Shown here: piece by piece, positions 20,211 through 29,448 of the stretch
Layout of the letters: each line of letters opens with the position of its first letter
Numbering within the stretch: the first letter of the stretch is position 1
NCBI GenBank assembly: GCA_965216875.1
Contig: OZ244207.1
Location: 1,408,001-1,472,000 of the forward strand
DNA from: Rubripirellula sp.
Lineage (GTDB): Bacteria; Planctomycetota; Planctomycetia; Pirellulales; Pirellulaceae
Direction: 5' to 3'
Length of the DNA: 64,000 nt
The notes under the pieces: model-generated
Told to the model about the DNA's origin: nothing
Seen by the model: only the letters and a program-made list of their open reading frames with translations
Databases searched by the model: none
Made by a program: the position numbers and the translations under genes

Positions 20211-23200
20211 CTAGCGTTTTCCGTAAACCTTTTGGTTGTTGCGATCACCGCCGCTCATCAGGTAGGCCAGCAAATCGCGAAGCTCTTCGGCATTGAGTCC
20301 GTCGATCAAGCCCTTGGGCATTTGAGAAAGCGATGAAGGACGAATCAACTCGACGTCCTCTTCGTCCAGTGTGATCGGGTCGGACTTGAGGTCACTGGGG
20401 TAGATCACGACTTGGCCCTCCGACTCGGAAACGAGCCCGGTGTAGGTACTGCCGCTGGCCGTCAGGACCGATTTCGATTGGTATTGGTCCGAGATGACTT
20501 TGCTGGGTTCGATGATGTGTTCGATCACATAGCTGACATCGAACTTGCGCGGGATCGTTGTCAGGTCAGGGCCGATGTTTCCGCCTAGTCCGGCGAAACG
20601 GTGGCATTTGCCACAGCTGGTCGCAAAGTACAGGCTGCGGCCATTCTCGAAATCCGCTTTTCGGAATTGGCTGGCCGCTTGGGAACGAGCTTCGGCAAGC
20701 GTCCAAGTTCGACCAGGTCCTTGGATCGGTTTGATCTCGAAATCGGGCACGGGATCATATTGTTCGCCGGTCAAGTCTTGCAACGCGACGCGTTCGGCAT
20801 CGCTGCAATTGCCGAGTGCTTCGTCGCGAATGTTGCGCATGAAGCCAGGGAAGCTCGCGCCGCCCGATTTCTTTGCGGCTTCGTTGAGGAAGGCGAAATA
20901 CTCGCGCCGCTGCTCAAGCGTCCAACCATCGCGCACGGTGCGAAGCATGAGCGCGTATCCGATTTCCCGACTCGGTGGATGATTGTCGAGGACCTTCTGT
21001 ACCGTGCCTCCGTAGCCAGCGTTTCGCGATGCGAGTTCCGACCAGTCCGGTGGTTGCGGGGCCTTGCGATTGCGAATCAATTCCATTGTCTTGGCAACGA
21101 CATTGGGTGACTCAAGATAGACGAGCAATCGCACAAGCTCGGTGTTCACGTCATCGTCTTGATGAGGCAGCATTGCATCCAGCGAAGCAAGTAGCTTTGC
21201 ACTCTGCGAATCTACGGGGCGTCCCATGCGAGTGAATGCCAACGCATAGGCGCGTAGCAGCCCAAGAAGCTGAGCGTTGTCGAGCGAGTCGGCATCAATC
21301 TGCATCAGACCGTCTATGATCGCTGCTTGCCGATGTTTGCCGCCCACGCGTGCGAGTGCAATCGAGGCAGTGATCTTGGCTTGTGGGTCAGTCTCGGTGA
21401 CCGCGCGTCCAGCCCATAGTTGTGAGGGCTGGGATTCGAGGACGACGCGCGCGGCGGCTCGCAAGAATCGGTCGTCGCTTGAAAGTGAAGGCCACGCCAA
21501 TTCGATGGCTTTCGCAGCCTCTTTGGGCTCAAGGGGCTTTCCATGATGGGCTTCGAGCTGTTTGCGAAGCGCACGCGCCGCTTGGACGTCGTTGGGAAGC
21601 GAAGCTGTGACTGTTTCCGTTGGTGCATCGCCTTCGTAGCGAATGCGATAGAGCGCCGATTGTGTGCCGCGCCCGCCGACGGTGAAGTAGAGATGGCCGT
21701 CGCTACCCACCGCCGCGTCGGTCACTGGGAGCGGTGATCCCGTCACAAATGGTTCGCTCGATGCGGTGTAACCAGCTCCTTTGGCTTCGAGGTGAATCGC
21801 GTAGATCGTGCCAAAGGTCCAATCGAGTGCAAAGATTGCCTCTTGGTACTTGGCGGGGAACGCCGCGCCGATTCCCGCGACGACGCCGGTTGGTGATCCG
21901 GGGCCAATTTCGACCACTGGCGGTAAGCTGTCTTCGTAATAGGTCGGCCACTTGCCGGTTCCGCTGCGCCAACCGTAGTCCGCGCCGCTGACCACTTGGC
22001 AGATCCGTGTTGGTCGGTACCAAGGCGCACCCAAGTCCCATTCCATGTCGGCGTCGTAGGTAAACATGTCGCCGTGACGATTCAGTGCGACATCGTATTG
22101 GTTGCGAAAACCGATGCTGACGAGTTCTTGTTTCATCGTTTGGGGATCAAGCCGTGTGACCCAACCGCCGGGTGCGAGGCGTCCGCGTGCATGTCCGTTA
22201 GCATCCCACATGCGCGGCAGCAACAGGTCTTCATTCCATGTCGTGACGCGTTGTCGCTGCACATCGGCCAGTGGTGCATGGTTGCCGCCAACCATGTTAA
22301 TCGCCTCACCATCTTCGCTTAGGATCAAAGCGTGATTGCCATGTTCGCCGCCGCCAGTTTGGCTGGGCAGCTGTTCGACCTCATCCAGTGTTCCATCACC
22401 GCTGGAGTCTTTGACGCGGTAGAGGTGCCCACCATTTCGGTGAACCCAGAGAGCGTCGAATGCCCAAAGGAGGCCTTGCGCACCACTTAGCTTGCGTGGC
22501 GAGCCGGGCTGGTTGACGTCGATGCGAGCCACATCGGCTTGAGGACCGTCGTCAGTCTCCGAAACGGCAATCCAGTACAGTCCTTTGTCGCCTTGGTCAC
22601 TTGCGACCAACTTTCCGTTGGGACCTCGTGAGAGTGCGACCCATGATCCCTGCTGGTCGCGGGGAACGGTGTAAACGTGATCGACAACAAACCCGCTTGG
22701 CACGTTGATGTCGGCAACATCTATGACACTGCCACTTGAACGTCGTCCGCCGGTACCCGGTACGCCCCAGGGTTGCACACCGAGTTTGCCGAGAGACCTG
22801 AGTTTGCCCTGCCACGCGCTGGAATCGAACGCGACTTGGTTCCATTTTGCCGATGGTTTTTCATCCGACATCTTCCACGACGCGTCAGAAACAACGGTCG
22901 TTTTTTTGCCGTTTTCGTGTTCGACAATCAGCTTGAATACGAACGCAGCGACGCCTCCTTCGTTGCTTGCCTGGACCGCGATGACGTTGTTGCCAACAAC
23001 CAAGTGTTTTTTGATGTCGGTAACGATCGGACGCGACCACTCGGTTTCGTGACCGACTTCTTTGCCATTGATCCAGAGCGTCATCCGGTTATCACAGCTT
23101 GTGTACATCTTTGCCGATTTGATCGGGCTTGCGATGTCAAGCTCTTTGCGCAAGTAGATACGTTGGTTGTTGAATGTACGGTCGGCACTCCAGATCCAAT

Positions 23201-23321
23201 CGGGTTTGGGTTGTTGTGTGAACGGCCGTGTGCCTTGAGCGATCGCGAATTGGCACGTCGATGCGAAGGTGACGAAGAGACCGAGTGAGATTCCGGCAAG
23301 TGCGCGCTGAATTGAGTGCAT
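20211..23321 (-). CDS. PVC-type heme-binding protein (N-terminal carbohydrate-binding-like domain, beta-propeller, cytochrome c)
   Basis: WIW...CDNRMTLWINGK; GGEHGNH; GFRNQYD; YDADMEWD; CGKCH...GPDLT...SQMPKGL. ATG at 23321. Confidence 0.88.
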   Translation of the reverse strand: MHSIQRALAGISLGLFVTFASTCQFAIAQGTRPFTQQPKPDWIWSADRTFNNQRIYLRKELDIASPIKSAKMYTSCDNRMTLWINGKEVGHETEWSRPIVTDIKKHLVVGNNVIAVQASNEGGVAAFVFKLIVEHENGKKTTVVSDASWKMSDEKPSAKWNQVAFDSSAWQGKLRSLGKLGVQPWGVPGTGGRRSSGSVIDVADINVPSGFVVDHVYTVPRDQQGSWVALSRGPNGKLVASDQGDKGLYWIAVSETDDGPQADVARIDVNQPGSPRKLSGAQGLLWAFDALWVHRNGGHLYRVKDSSGDGTLDEVEQLPSQTGGGEHGNHALILSEDGEAINMVGGNHAPLADVQRQRVTTWNEDLLLPRMWDANGHARGRLAPGGWVTRLDPQTMKQELVSIGFRNQYDVALNRHGDMFTYDADMEWDLGAPWYRPTRICQVVSGADYGWRSGTGKWPTYYEDSLPPVVEIGPGSPTGVVAGIGAAFPAKYQEAIFALDWTFGTIYAIHLEAKGAGYTASSEPFVTGSPLPVTDAAVGSDGHLYFTVGGRGTQSALYRIRYEGDAPTETVTASLPNDVQAARALRKQLEAHHGKPLEPKEAAKAIELAWPSLSSDDRFLRAAARVVLESQPSQLWAGRAVTETDPQAKITASIALARVGGKHRQAAIIDGLMQIDADSLDNAQLLGLLRAYALAFTRMGRPVDSQSAKLLASLDAMLPHQDDDVNTELVRLLVYLESPNVVAKTMELIRNRKAPQPPDWSELASRNAGYGGTVQKVLDNHPPSREIGYALMLRTVRDGWTLEQRREYFAFLNEAAKKSGGASFPGFMRNIRDEALGNCSDAERVALQDLTGEQYDPVPDFEIKPIQGPGRTWTLAEARSQAASQFRKADFENGRSLYFATSCGKCHRFAGLGGNIGPDLTTIPRKFDVSYVIEHIIEPSKVISDQYQSKSVLTASGSTYTGLVSESEGQVVIYPSDLKSDPITLDEEDVELIRPSSLSQMPKGLIDGLNAEELRDLLAYLMSGGDRNNQKVYGKR

Positions 23322-23515
23322 TCCAGTGCGAGTCCTGTGAGGGAAGGTGGGGAGTGGTGGGGGATTCGGTCGCGCTGGCCTTGGTTTGCAATTCAGCAAT
23401 CAGTGCTGCGAACGATCAAAGCGAACCGACCGACGAGCCTTTGGTGGGCAATGCATAGGATAGTCGATGGCCAACCGTCGAAGGATCATTCGAGTGGGTC
23501 AATTCGCAGCAGCCC

Positions 23516-23550
23516 AAAAAGAATGCCCCGCGAAAAACTCGCGGGGCATC
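23516..23550 (-). terminator. Rho-independent terminator of the vWA gene
   Basis: ATGCCCCGCGA-aaaac-TCGCGGGGCAT stem, followed by a T-run on the minus strand. Confidence 0.75.
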
Positions 23551-23598
23551 GAAGTTGACTGAGAGGTGCACGCCGATTGGTGCAGTAAAGCTGGGCGA

Positions 23599-25686
23599 CT
23601 AGAGCTTTGGCACGGGTCGCGATGGAGCTTTCTTCAACATCCGCTTTTGGTCGTCACGTGGAGGACGTGGGTTGTTGTTATTGTTGTTGCCCGGACGATT
23701 CGGACGCGGTGGTGACAGGTCCGTGAATTCCTCTCGCCATTTCCATCCGATTGGCACCTTCAGTTCGTTGCTGGCCAGCAGTGCCCAAGGCGTGCCATCG
23801 TGTTCGCTGACCACCGACTTGAGCAATTCACGAGCAGTGTCGGCTTCGCGAGCCCACTTACTGCCGACGGAAATCTCATCGCTCGGTTCGAGCACCCACG
23901 TGTTGTTCTTTTCTTTCTCGAACGGCATGCCGCGTTTGGCTTTGGCCAACATGGCGTTGTAGGTTTCGGTTCGGACCTTTTGAGCCAACACGCGGCCCAT
24001 TGCCAAGTCGTACCCGGCTTTCCACCGCAAACTTGATTCCTGTTCGCGGAACTTCAATCCTGGGTCGAGCGTTTGAGCCATGCGAACCAACATCGGCTCG
24101 AGCTTGGCCGCTTGTTGTTGTGCTCGGGTCAGGTCGCCAGCCAGTTGGGCTTCTTCACGCTTGACGAATTTTAGTTGCGGTCGAGCAACGCCCTGTGCCG
24201 GACGCATTTGCGCGGCAGCTACCAACGATTGGCGAAGCGGACTCGCTTTGACTTTGTTGACGTAATCGGTTTGCGAAAGGTAGTCGGGGCGATACCGCGA
24301 CATCTTCAACGGGTCGAAGAAGTACTCGAGGTTAGCCGAGTAGGCTTCGACTTCGCCACGACGTACGCGGCGGTTCACGTTTCGGTTGGGGTGAACGGTG
24401 AAGTAGATGCCACCGGTTTCGTAGCACAGACGCGTCAGAGCGTACGGTCCGAAACCGCTGTCGATCACAGGTTCCTGCTGGAAATTGCCTGTGAAGCCAA
24501 CTTGAACGCGTTCAGGCAGGAACGTCTCGGGGCCTTGGTCGACTTGCGCCCATCGAGGTGTTTGGTCGTACTTTGGATCGGGATCAACGTATTTGACCAA
24601 CGTGTTTTGGCGACCGAAGGGAGCAGGAACGCCAATGACGTAGACGGGAATGCCCCATTTTCGGCAGCCTTGAATCGACGTCTCAAGCAATTGAGCGTCG
24701 TCGCCTTTTTCGTCAGTCACGACCACAAACAACACGTTGCGTTGTGGCCCGTTGCCGCCACGACTGCGACGCATCGATTTGAATTGTTCCGTGGCCGAAG
24801 CGATTGCGGTGAAGACGCGTTCTTCGCCCGTCGAGTCGACTTCGATGTTGTCGACGACCGACTTGATCTCGGCCAAGTCGTCGGTCGGTTCCTCGGTGTA
24901 CAGAGTCACGTTGCCACCGAAGCCAACCACGGAGGTCAGCAGCGGTGCGTCGTTCTTGTGTTGCTTGAAGACCTCGGCGCCACTTCGTTGGGCGATACCT
25001 AGTTCTTCGTAGATGCGATCGAAGCGATCACGAATCTCTTGTCGTTGACGATGAAGCGAGCCACTTTGATCGAACAACCAAACGACCAGTGTTGGACGCT
25101 CTTCCATCGCTTGCAAGATTTCGAACGTGATTCGATCGACGGCTCCCGAGGCGCCCGCTGTTCCTTGGCCGACGTTTCCTTTCTGGTTGGTCAGCTTGTC
25201 CAGTGGTGCGACGGCTTCGACAAAGACCTTGTTGACCATGATCTGGCCAAGGTCGGTAACTTCCATTTCAAGCGGGTTGGGAATCTCGGCGACTTCCATG
25301 AAAGTCTCGGCCGAGGCTTCTGCCATTTCCGTGTCGGCCATGCTGTTGGCACCGACTTCAGTTTGCGGGACTTCGCTGTAAGTGACTTGGTCGATCAATT
25401 CGACTTTGTCTTGGACGTATTCCGGCGGTGGCGAAACGAGCACGACCGCTTCGTCGTCGTTTCGGGATGTGAGTGGCACGAGGGCAAGCGCCAGGATGAT
25501 CGTCAGATGGACAAGCATGCTGCCGATCAAAGCCGTGGTTTCGCTGTTCTCAAGCAGCGACTCATCCTCGAGTTCTTCTTCGCTCCAAGCGTCGACCTCG
25601 GTGCTAGCATCAGAGACCGGCGGGTCATTGACGACCGCGGCACTGAGCGTTTCTTCGATTGAGGGAGGAGTGATTAGAGTGGACAT
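23599..25686 (-). CDS. Membrane-anchored von Willebrand factor A domain protein
   Basis: TM SMLVHLTIILALAL; MIDAS-like VWLFDQSGSL; VVTDE; ETGG. Confidence 0.85.
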   Translation of the reverse strand: MSTLITPPSIEETLSAAVVNDPPVSDASTEVDAWSEEELEDESLLENSETTALIGSMLVHLTIILALALVPLTSRNDDEAVVLVSPPPEYVQDKVELIDQVTYSEVPQTEVGANSMADTEMAEASAETFMEVAEIPNPLEMEVTDLGQIMVNKVFVEAVAPLDKLTNQKGNVGQGTAGASGAVDRITFEILQAMEERPTLVVWLFDQSGSLHRQRQEIRDRFDRIYEELGIAQRSGAEVFKQHKNDAPLLTSVVGFGGNVTLYTEEPTDDLAEIKSVVDNIEVDSTGEERVFTAIASATEQFKSMRRSRGGNGPQRNVLFVVVTDEKGDDAQLLETSIQGCRKWGIPVYVIGVPAPFGRQNTLVKYVDPDPKYDQTPRWAQVDQGPETFLPERVQVGFTGNFQQEPVIDSGFGPYALTRLCYETGGIYFTVHPNRNVNRRVRRGEVEAYSANLEYFFDPLKMSRYRPDYLSQTDYVNKVKASPLRQSLVAAAQMRPAQGVARPQLKFVKREEAQLAGDLTRAQQQAAKLEPMLVRMAQTLDPGLKFREQESSLRWKAGYDLAMGRVLAQKVRTETYNAMLAKAKRGMPFEKEKNNTWVLEPSDEISVGSKWAREADTARELLKSVVSEHDGTPWALLASNELKVPIGWKWREEFTDLSPPRPNRPGNNNNNNPRPPRDDQKRMLKKAPSRPVPKL

Positions 25687-26061
25687 CCAGCGCCATTCCG
25701 TAAAAAGTAGATCAACCAAGTGGCCATTCTTGGCCACCTGACGCGGAAAAGACCCATATAGACAGTTTCGCCCAACACCCGCAAACTTTCAACGTGAAAG
25801 GCCTGTCTTGAGATCGAATCTCGCTCCTTTTGAACGTCGGTCATAACGGTTCGTACCCCTGTATTCCTAGCAAAACGCTGGCAAATCAGGGGTTTTTATT
25901 GAATATCGGCGGCCAATCGGTTTGTCCTAGGAGTGTTTTAGGCGGAAAAGTCGTCTTTTCAGCCCTTTCGATGCGTTTGACCCGTTCTAAGGATGGTCTA
26001 AGGCGACGGGATGAGACAGTACTGTTGGGGGGATTGCCCCGCTTTTTGACGGAACGATGGC

Positions 26062-26745
26062 GTGACTGAGAGTGAGCGACTGATTGCGATTGGCGACATC
26101 CATGGGTGCCGGCCTGCGCTGGAAGCGGTTTTGGAGGCGATATCGCCTCGAGCTAGCGATATCGTCGTCACACTCGGCGACTACATTGACCGCGGAGCCG
26201 ATTCGCGGGGGGTTATCGATTGCTTGATCGACCTGAAGCGGCGGACCCGAATGGTTGGGCTCTTGGGCAATCACGAAGAGATGATGCTGCAGGTCCTCAG
26301 AGGCGAGCAGCCGCATCACAGCTGGCTTCGCTACGGTGGCCTCGAGACGTTAGAAAGCTACGACTTTGACGGCGATCTCGACTTTTTGCCGCCCGATCAC
26401 GTTGAGTTTTTTGACAACCTAGGCGACTACTTCACCTTCGGTGATTTCTTTTTCACGCACGCTGCCTACGACCCCGTCATCCCGCTCGAGCATCAACCGC
26501 CTGATATGTTGCGCTGGTACTCGCTTACCGACGGTTTGCCGGCCCCGCATCAAAGTGGCAAAACCGCGGTCGTCGGGCATACCGCCAATCGGGATGGCGA
26601 GATTCTTGATATCGGGCATCTCAAATGCATCGACACCTTCTGCTACGGCGGCGGTTGGTTGACCGCGATCGAACTCAACTCGGGGCAGGTTTGGCAAGCT
26701 TCGCAAGAAGGGCAAATTCGCCAGCCCGGATTGCCTCCAGCCTGA
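26062..26745 (+). CDS. Metallophosphoesterase, Ser/Thr protein phosphatase (PphA-like)
   Basis: GDIHG, GDYIDRG, GNHE, HA, GHT, IDT motifs. Confidence 0.92.
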   Translation: MTESERLIAIGDIHGCRPALEAVLEAISPRASDIVVTLGDYIDRGADSRGVIDCLIDLKRRTRMVGLLGNHEEMMLQVLRGEQPHHSWLRYGGLETLESYDFDGDLDFLPPDHVEFFDNLGDYFTFGDFFFTHAAYDPVIPLEHQPPDMLRWYSLTDGLPAPHQSGKTAVVGHTANRDGEILDIGHLKCIDTFCYGGGWLTAIELNSGQVWQASQEGQIRQPGLPPA

Positions 26746-27008
26746 TCTTCGCCACGGGGGCTGAGGTTGCCGAGAATCTGTGTGCCGCGATCGCGTAAGC
26801 GGCCGGGCATTTGTTTTCTATCCCCAAAGTCGAAGGCCCAAGGCCCAAAGGCCGGGGACTCTCCAAAACGCCCGAATAATCGGCACAACCGTCAAAGCTT
26901 GCCAAATTTGTTCAACCGGAATAACCGGTATGACCGAAAACTGAGATCAGGCTTCCATTGCGCTACTTTGCAATCGATTCCAAAATCTCACTTTGTCGGA
27001 ACCCAACG

Positions 27009-28880
27009 ATGCCGTCGCTGCGCAACCTTTCGAAATCACACCGTCACGCTGTCGCTACGCTCGCCCGAGCGTGGGTGCGATCAAAAACCGACACCCATCG
27101 AGTTTCACCGTCTGACGACGGGCGCTACGGAAAGACCAGACTGCGGTTGCTGACCTTGGCTGCCGGACTTGCCGCCAGTACGGCGTTTGCAGTCGCCCCA
27201 GCCTCGGCACAAGTTCGCACCAAAAAACCTGATCGCGGAACCTATCAATCGCCGCGCATCGAAAATCCAATGCGTCGTGAGGCGACCGCACAACCGGAGC
27301 AAAGAGAGGCCGCAGAGGATGCGCCAAAGCTTGCCGAGTTTTTGCGAGCGTCGGATCTACAGGAAAGCTCGACAAGTCGATCGGGTGTCAGGCAAGCCGC
27401 AGCGGTCGTCAAGAAGCCCAAACGCGCGCTCGTGGATGTCCCATTGACCTACGCGCCGAGCGATTCGAGTGACAAGAAAGCGGAAAGAACAACTCGTCGA
27501 ACCGCTGGAAAGCGTTCTTCAAAACTGCGCCAGGTAGCGCACCAGGACGTTCGTTTGATTTCGCCCGAGCAGTCGAAGATTGTCGATAGCGGAACGCTCG
27601 CCGCACCGATTCGCGACGAACCCATTCGAAGTGCACCGATTCAACATGAAGCTGTCGGCAGTGCGGTGACCTACGAGCCCTCGGGAGTGATTCTCGATGG
27701 AGGCTGTGATTCCTGTCTCGATTGTGACTCATGTGATTCCATGGGTTGCGATTCGATGGGCTGCTGCCAAAGTTCGTGGTGGCGTCGTTGGTCCAACGGC
27801 TCGCTTTCGATGAACCAAGATCAATGGTTCGGCAGTGTCGAGCTATTGTTGATGTGGCGAAAAGGTGATCACCTGCCACCGTTGGTGACCACCGGTCCCG
27901 ATACCGATCCCGATACTGCGGGCGAGCTTGGCCAGCCAGGTACGACGATTCTTGTTGGACCGGGCAATGCGGTTTTGAAGGACATGACTGCGGGCGGCCG
28001 ATTCACTGTGGGAACTTTCCTTGATCGGCACCAATGTCGCAGTTTGGTGTTGCGAGGCTGGTTTGCTGGCGAAGAGAAGTTTGGCTTTTCGGCCAACGAC
28101 ACCACCGTTCCAGTGATCGCACGACCCTTCTTGAATGTCAGCGACAACCAAGCGGCCGCTCAAGACACGCAACTCGTCGCGTTTCCCAATCGTGCATCGG
28201 GTTCGATCCGTGTGAACGCAACGAGCAATGTTTACGGTGGGGATCTTTCGGTCCGGCAATTCGCCTACTGCCGCTATGGGGCAACGATCGATGTCCTTTA
28301 CGGTTACCAGCACATGCGGCTCAAAGAAAACCTGTTGATCGAAGCACCGGGCACGACTTCGCTCGACGCAGGGTTCGCACCGGTCGGTTCGGTCATCGCA
28401 GTGACCGATTCGTTTCGCACCGAAAGCGAATTTCACGGAGCCCAAATCGGCATGGCATCTCGCTATCGCGAAGGATGTTGGTCGTTCAACAGTTTGCTCA
28501 AACTTGGTTTCGGTTCACTGCGTCGACAGGCGACGTTGTCGGGTTTGACCGTCACCAGCAATGGCGGCAACACCGCGGTCGACAATCAAGGTTTGCTGGT
28601 TCGCAACACAAACAGCGGCGTGACCAAAGACGACACCTTCGGCTGGATTCCCGAGCTTGACTTGTCACTCAGTTGGCAAAAATACCCATGCTTTGACCTG
28701 ACCTTTGGTTATCACATCATCGCGATGACCGATGCACTGCAGGCGTCGGGTGCGATCGACCCTAACTTGGCTGTCAACCTTTCGACTCCGCCGACCGGCC
28801 AACAGCGGCCTGCAGCCAACTTGCGGTACCGCACGTACTACGTCCAAGGCCTGCACTTCGGTTTGTCGTACATCTACTAG
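27009..28880 (+). CDS. BBP7/DUF1551-type outer-membrane beta-barrel protein
   Basis: Low-complexity N-terminus, CDSC-rich linker, ELLLMW...PPLVTT, ARPF, F(R)TESEFHGAQIG, C-terminal GLHFGLSYIY. Confidence 0.8.
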   Translation: MPSLRNLSKSHRHAVATLARAWVRSKTDTHRVSPSDDGRYGKTRLRLLTLAAGLAASTAFAVAPASAQVRTKKPDRGTYQSPRIENPMRREATAQPEQREAAEDAPKLAEFLRASDLQESSTSRSGVRQAAAVVKKPKRALVDVPLTYAPSDSSDKKAERTTRRTAGKRSSKLRQVAHQDVRLISPEQSKIVDSGTLAAPIRDEPIRSAPIQHEAVGSAVTYEPSGVILDGGCDSCLDCDSCDSMGCDSMGCCQSSWWRRWSNGSLSMNQDQWFGSVELLLMWRKGDHLPPLVTTGPDTDPDTAGELGQPGTTILVGPGNAVLKDMTAGGRFTVGTFLDRHQCRSLVLRGWFAGEEKFGFSANDTTVPVIARPFLNVSDNQAAAQDTQLVAFPNRASGSIRVNATSNVYGGDLSVRQFAYCRYGATIDVLYGYQHMRLKENLLIEAPGTTSLDAGFAPVGSVIAVTDSFRTESEFHGAQIGMASRYREGCWSFNSLLKLGFGSLRRQATLSGLTVTSNGGNTAVDNQGLLVRNTNSGVTKDDTFGWIPELDLSLSWQKYPCFDLTFGYHIIAMTDALQASGAIDPNLAVNLSTPPTGQQRPAANLRYRTYYVQGLHFGLSYIY

Positions 28881-28889
28881 CGCAATCTT

Positions 28890-29046
28890 GTAGTGGACGA
28901 GGCAACGAGTCCCCCGCGACCTGTTTATCGACGTAGCCAGGCTATTTCGACGTAGCCAGGGGGCGACGTAATCAGGGGGCGACGTATTCAGGGGGCGACG
29001 TGGTCAGGGGGCGACGTGGTCAGGGACTCGTGGCCTCGTCCACTAC
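28890..29046. repeat. GTAG-type REP doublet (REPIN-like) enclosing a 16-nt tandem array
   Basis: GTAGTGGACGAGGCAACGAGTCCC (28890-28913) and its inverted copy (29023-29046, 1 mismatch in 24). Six CGACGTRnnCAGG(GGG) units lie between them. Confidence 0.85.
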
Positions 29047-29448
29047 GAAGAATGCCGCTGACCGAACCCGCTTGCACTGTTTGTGTCCCATCAGAACGAA
29101 CCATTCCTTCGTCCTGGTGGAATCAACAGTGCGTTTTTTCGTTAGCAACCTTCTCTTTGGCACCTTCGCATCGGGTCGCTTCTGCGACAATCGAGCCGCG
29201 ATATCTTTCGGCGCCTGAAGCTAGCGGCAAGACACTCGGCGGCACGATTCCTTTTGTGCTGCGACCTTCGTGACTCATTTGTTCGAGTCGCCTTCTTCGT
29301 CTTTTCGCACGCTCATTCTGTGCGCTTTCTTCGGACCAATGTTGGTCACTGACGAACCCGAGTGACCGTTCTTCTAGATCCACACCTGCGGAACGAGCAG
29401 GGCAGTGCGCACCTGTGTGCGCGCTACGAACAATTGTTTTGAACGAAT

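Noticed and set aside
27700..27770. Cys-rich CDSC repeats in the beta-barrel gene as heme-binding sites
   Set aside because: No CxxCH; this is a low-complexity Cys/Asp/Gly linker typical of planctomycete outer-membrane proteins.
28929..29027. 16-nt periodic array as a CRISPR array
   Set aside because: Units are contiguous with no unique spacers, are too short, and there are no cas genes in the window.
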